From assembly GCF_009914755.1 (NCBI RefSeq), contig NC_060936.1: a DNA stretch of 64,000 nucleotides. The stretch is one strand, 5' to 3'. The notes beneath the pieces are model-generated. The model did no database searches. It was not told the origin of the DNA and was given only the letters and a program-made list of their open reading frames with translations. Shown in pieces: positions 49,731 through 64,000 of the stretch (positions within the stretch are counted from its first letter, which is position 1; each line of letters begins with the position of its first letter). Source of the DNA: the human T2T-CHM13v2.0 reference genome, Homo sapiens. The position numbers and the translations under genes are program-made.

Positions 49731-50509
49731 AACCACAAAAGCATAAATGAGCTACATATAAAAAGCAGGGGCTTTGTGCCCAGCATAAGGGGTCAGGGGA
49801 AAGAAGCAAAGAGTTTGTTTAGATGCCCCAGGTAAAGAGGCTTCCTGCCTCTGGGTTAAGGCAATGCCCGAAAAGCACCCGAAATCCCTTTAAATGATGG
49901 AGCATTTTGAAATGTTATTATTGGTATAGAAATAGCTGCATTTAGCATAGAGACAGCAGAACAATTTGTTTAAATAGGAAGCCACAGGTGGTGGGTACAC
50001 CCCTCAGGAAGCAGCATCATGAATAATAGAGTCAATTCGATTGCTAATTTTGTGTTATGTGCCTCAAGGCTAAAATTTTTCATTGTCAAAGCTTAGCAAA
50101 TGCTGACTTTTTTGCTCTTGATCAGTGATGGATCTGATGATTAAAGCCAGCCAGGATGGAAATGGACTGCCTAGAGAGGGAGCAAGCTCCTGTACCTGGA
50201 GACATGGAGAGGGACCTTGCTCACCAGCTGTCCACTGGCTCAGTGGGAGGGGGTTCTCACATCTGCTAGGGTTTGAATTAGAATGTCCAAGTCCCGCCAA
50301 CTCTGAAAGCTTTTGATCCACATCCACCACCATAGAGCTTTACGCACTGAAGATGAAAATCTGTGAATGTTCTCTGGTTTGAAATTTTGCTTGTGATAAG
50401 AGATATGATTAGAAATTATTAGAACAAGAGTGAGGGAGGACAGCACAGCCTTGTTGTGGAGGAAGGAGACACAAGCCCAGCAGCCTGAAGATGTTGAGGT
50501 CTCCCACAC

Positions 50510-52695
<2,186 letters not shown>

Positions 52696-54436
52696 CTACC
52701 ACAGGGCAAGGTCTGAGGGAAAGGGACTGAGGGCGGGCACATTTTGATGGAAAGAGGAGCAGAGTCACAGCATTGGGCCCAAAGGTCCCCCAAGAAGGCA
52801 GGAGGACTCCTGCGGTGGGGAAGGCAGCAGAGGGGAGATTCCTTACTGCAGCGTTGCTTGAAATCAGTCTTACCTCTGATGAAAATTTCTGAGTCTCTGT
52901 TTTGCAACCCACTCCTCCCAGCCCCAGCCTCTTGGAAAAGTCCCCTTTACAAAGAGAGCCCTTCATGGTTTAGAAAACACCCCTCAGTCATCCCTTTAAA
53001 AACCCACAACTCTTGGGGTTGGACAGAACTGTTGAATGTCCTGACACCCTGGAACTTGACAAAGCATCCCAGGTAGAAGCCACACTTGCATGCCCTAGCA
53101 CAGATGCCCACCCTAGGCCTGGCCCCTTTCTTGCTTTCCCAATCCACGGGACCAGTGACACTTCCATGCCTGATACAGAAGAGAAAGTTGCATAGGACTG
53201 GTGAAAAGACGTGGGCAGGGGATGGTCCTCTGCAGTCGCCTGGCCTCCATGTCTCATCCCACCTGACACAGAGAGGCAGCCACAGTTTAGGCTATTCCCA
53301 GCCTTTTCCATGGCCATGGCCTCCATGAAATGATAATTCGTGTGTGGCAGGCTGGGGCAAATGAAAGGGTCTGCTGAAGAGCAGGTGTGGTCAGGCCAGG
53401 GGCTGTGGACACTCAGAGAGCTGATGGCCTAATATGTCTCACAGTCATAGCCACTTAGCACAGGCAGCGTGACCAGGTACACAGGCAGCGTGACCAGGTA
53501 CCCTGGCTGGGAAGCGCTTGCTTGCAGAAAGCAACCTGGTTTTGTGAAATGAGGAGCTAAGGGAGGAGCAGGAAGGAATGGGGAGCCAAAAGATAGTTAA
53601 AGGCCTGCCTGCCTTGGGTTGAGGCTTGGGATCAAGGGCACTCATCAGACCTGGAAGCCATAAACATCCAGGTATCAGAGGAGGCTCAGCCGAGGTTAAT
53701 CACCCACCATAAAAGCAACCACAGCCCATGGAGAGCAGAGTCAGGTGGCAGGGCTCCTCAAAAGTGAGCCGCCCCAAGGCCAGCCCTGCCCACCCCATCC
53801 CCACCTGCTGGAGTGGAAGGAAGCAATGACTCCAACCTTGGTGAAATCTGGCCATGCCCCAACACACCTGTCAGTTTCCTCCTCTGATATTGCAGGGTGG
53901 CCCTAACCTGATTCTGGTATTCCCCGCTTCACCACCACCGTCAACAAAAGTTTTATGATTCTATGTACCTTTCAAGGACTCTAAAGAATCTGGCTTCAGA
54001 CTGAAAACAATGAGAATTTTCAGGAGGGCAGAGGTGCATGATGATAAGCAGGTGTTTTTGAGCACGTGTCTTTATATGCATGTATCCATATAAATACAAA
54101 GCACACATGTTTGATGGGTTATCTCCCAGAACAAACAGCCTCACAGGCCCACCCCCCACCCTGTGGGCACACAACCTCAGCCTATAGCACACACGCCCTC
54201 TTGTCCCTCACACACTCTCTCAGGTTCACACACACCCCACCTGCCCTCTCACTTGCATGGCCTGACGCACACGCCAAGGTGCAGTACCACCTCACATCCT
54301 CATCTCAGGCACAAGCATGTGCGTGTACCACCCGTCAGAGTCCCGTGCACACCACCTTCCTACGAACGTCACACACATACCTGTGCACACACAGCCATAT
54401 ATAACACACATCCAAACTCAAATACACGGTTACAGG

Positions 54437-56440
<2,004 letters not shown>

Positions 56441-57532
56441 CTATAAATACAAATACTACCTGGCCAAAGTCTACCTTCTGTACCTTATCAACGGAATATT
56501 GATTTCAGATAAATAAATGATTCAGATGTATGCTATAGGACTTCAGGGGAAGGAGAGAGCCCTTAGATCAAGCTGAGCTTAGGAAAGTAAGATATGGATG
56601 GAAAGATCTGGAAATGTGATAAGCCACTGGACAGGAGCGGGATTCCTATGGAAGAGTAGAAAAGCTAGATATTGGGGAGGAGGGTGGGACTAGGGGTTTC
56701 AGAGGCCAGACAGAGCTTTTTCTGCAGGCTGCAGGAAGGGAGGAGCAGGATGATGAGCTTAAAGCAGTGCTTTAGGAAAATTAAGCTGGCTGGGGTGTTC
56801 AGGATAGATGGTAGGGGCAAAAACTAGGGGCAGGAGACTAGAAAGGGGGCTACTGCAGAAAGCAGGTCTGGAGGCCTGCAGTGTGGTAGGAGCAGGAAGA
56901 TAGGGATGGACTCAAGCTAGAACCAACAGGAGGTGGCAGTTGACAGCATGGGCGTGAGTCCAAGGTCACTCAGCTGCACTTCTAGCAGCTCCCTGCTGAA
57001 CCCTAGCACCTTCTGTTCCAGCTAGACTGTTCCATGCACTTGCCATGAGCCACTGGGCTTACCATCGTGTCATCCAATCAGTTTTAGACACAGCTCCTTG
57101 GAGACAGAGCAGGTTCCTCCAGCGTCTGTGTCTGGTTCCTGTCTCAGTGCCAGCATCTGCCCAGCAGGGTACTGGCCCAGAGTAGATGCTCCAGAGTAAA
57201 TGTATAGACCCTCCCCTGAACATGCAGTTTATACTTGCCTCCTTAGCTTGGTTCATCCCACACACACCCCTTCACTCTGGTAACAGCACGATGAGGCTGT
57301 CTCAAAACCCACCACAGTCCTCAGCAGCAGAAGCAAGTGTGGACAAGCCCGCCTTCTCGCATGCTGACCATGCTGGAGCAGGGTATGGCTTTTGTCTGAC
57401 TCTTAGGACTGACTGATGCAAGGAGGTGCCTGGGATAGAGAGGAGAATGGGCACCATATTCCAGTGAGACATAGCGCAGGAGCTGGGAGTGCCAGCCCTG
57501 GAGAAGAGGTTCCCAATGTGTATAGAACCTCA

Positions 57533-58902
<1,370 letters not shown>

Positions 58903-59856
58903 TCAGGCAGAAGGTCAAGGGGCCTCTACTGTATCAGCTGGGTTGTTGGAGCCTCAGAAACATGCAGGCCTACTGTATGCGCTGCATGCATCACCTCATT
59001 TAAATTCATAAAGATCCCACCAGGCCGAGATGGAAAAGTGCCTACATTCACACAGCTGTGAAGGGAAGAACTGGCATCTGAGCCCCGCCAGACAGACGCC
59101 GCGCAGGTGCAGCTGCCCCGAGCCTGCCCATGCATGTTCTGCTGCCCCAAAGCCATGTGTGACCAAAACCCAAAGGACAGAGGGTGCAACCAGAAGAATT
59201 TTGCAGCCACTTCCTAATGGTGTTAAGAGTTACTTCACCAGCTGAAAATGCAGATAGTAACAACTACCTCAGAAGACTGACATGATCATCAGGTAAGGAA
59301 CAGTGCCTAAAATAGCAGGTTTTCAAGACATGTTAGCTTGACTCTCACCAACCCTCCCTGCTTGTCCCCCAGCCTTTCCCAAAGCCTTTCTCCACACAAT
59401 TTCCCCCATTCCCTCACCACCTTCAGACCACCCTCCCCCATGGAACTTGTGTTCACATCACTTTGATACATTTGCCTTGTGAGAGTTTAAGCCTTGTGTT
59501 TCCCTGCATGAAATAACCTCCTTGCAGAACAGAACAGTGTCTGCTGCCTCTTCCCAGGGTAGGTGGTCAAGTGGAAGAAAGTGCTAGCTCAGCAGGGTGG
59601 AGGGTAACTAGGAGGTGGCAATTGGGTCTATAAGGAGGAGCTTATAGGATAGTAATAAAGAAATAGCATGTAAAAATCCGCCATTATGCAAAACAGAAGC
59701 TTGCAAATCCAATTCCTAGGGAGCTAGCCATGCAAACAGAGCCCTGCCTACTGACGCCCACTTGCTTTCCCCAACTCTCAACCCAGGGCTCCTTTCCCTG
59801 CCAATGATGGTGGCAGTGGTAGTGATTAGGATTGGGAACCATGGTGATCATGATGG

Positions 59857-63304
<3,448 letters not shown>

Positions 63305-64000
63305 TCATTTTACAGATGAGGAGATGAAAGTTCAGAAACTTTCCATCTACTTCCTAAGTCATGTAGCATCTAAGTGCTAGGATCAGAATTCCACCCAGCT
63401 CTTCTGGCTCCAAAACCCAAAGTTTAGCTTCCCAGTCCCCTGGATCTAGGCAGACAGTCTGGGAGATGCAGGAGGCAGGAAGGCAGATTCTGCAGCCAGC
63501 ATGAGAGCTTGAACTGATCGGCCAACACCTCTGATAAAGGAAGGTGCCTTCCAGAAGACCTCCAGGAGCTTCCCCGCTGATCTGGGGAAGCTCAGGAAGC
63601 CCAGGACAGCTGAGTGAGGGTTCCGTAGCCAGGCTCCCAGCTCTCTGCCCTCCCACTCGTCCTGTGAACTGACCCTCCCTCACATCATTGCACTTCTGCA
63701 AATTCCTACCACTACCTCCAAAGTGCTCTAGGATGTGTGATTAAAATCAAAGCGTTCTAAGGTTTATGATGAAAATTAAATGAAATTAAGTTAAATTTTT
63801 GTTTTGAGAATTGTTTTAGACTATTCCTAGAAGAATGTGCAGTAGCAGGAAAACATAAGTTTGGAAATCAAATAGCCTGTGTTCTAGTCTCAACTCGGTC
63901 TCTAAATTGCTGTGTGACATTGGACAAGTTACTGCTCCTCTCTGAGCTACAGTTGCCTCATCTATATAATGAAGGGGCAGGACCATTTATTCCTAAATTG

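Overview
This is human genomic DNA from the end of the type II keratin cluster (12q13). The only protein-coding gene is KRT8 (keratin 8) on the minus strand: 8 coding exons (45562 to 38015) with GT-AG boundaries join into a 1452-nt ORF (483 aa + stop), with a TATA box at about 45665 and AATAAA at 37798-37803. This haplotype encodes His at codon 341 (R341H, a known liver-disease susceptibility allele) instead of the canonical Arg. About 10.5 kb beyond the KRT8 3' end is a full-length, TSD-flanked RPL7 processed pseudogene (25836-27230) carrying two Alus and a short templated inverted insertion. The rest is Alu-dense intergenic DNA (about 60 Alus) with L1, L2, MIR, LTR and DNA-transposon remnants, two intergenic GC/CpG-rich regulatory patches with CTCF/AP-1/ARE motifs, an intron-1 CpG island, and two long polypurine Alu tails. 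Nearly all other ORFs in the track are Alu- or microsatellite-derived. I found no new multi-gene system. The best leads are a U1-5'-end-identical sequence in a mirtron-like KRT8 intron end, a divergent CTCF arrangement that may insulate KRT8 from the upstream keratin cluster, several locally templated inverted insertions, and a 396-nt pure-purine tract ending in (GAA)29. Repeat subfamily names and database identifiers are from memory and need verification.
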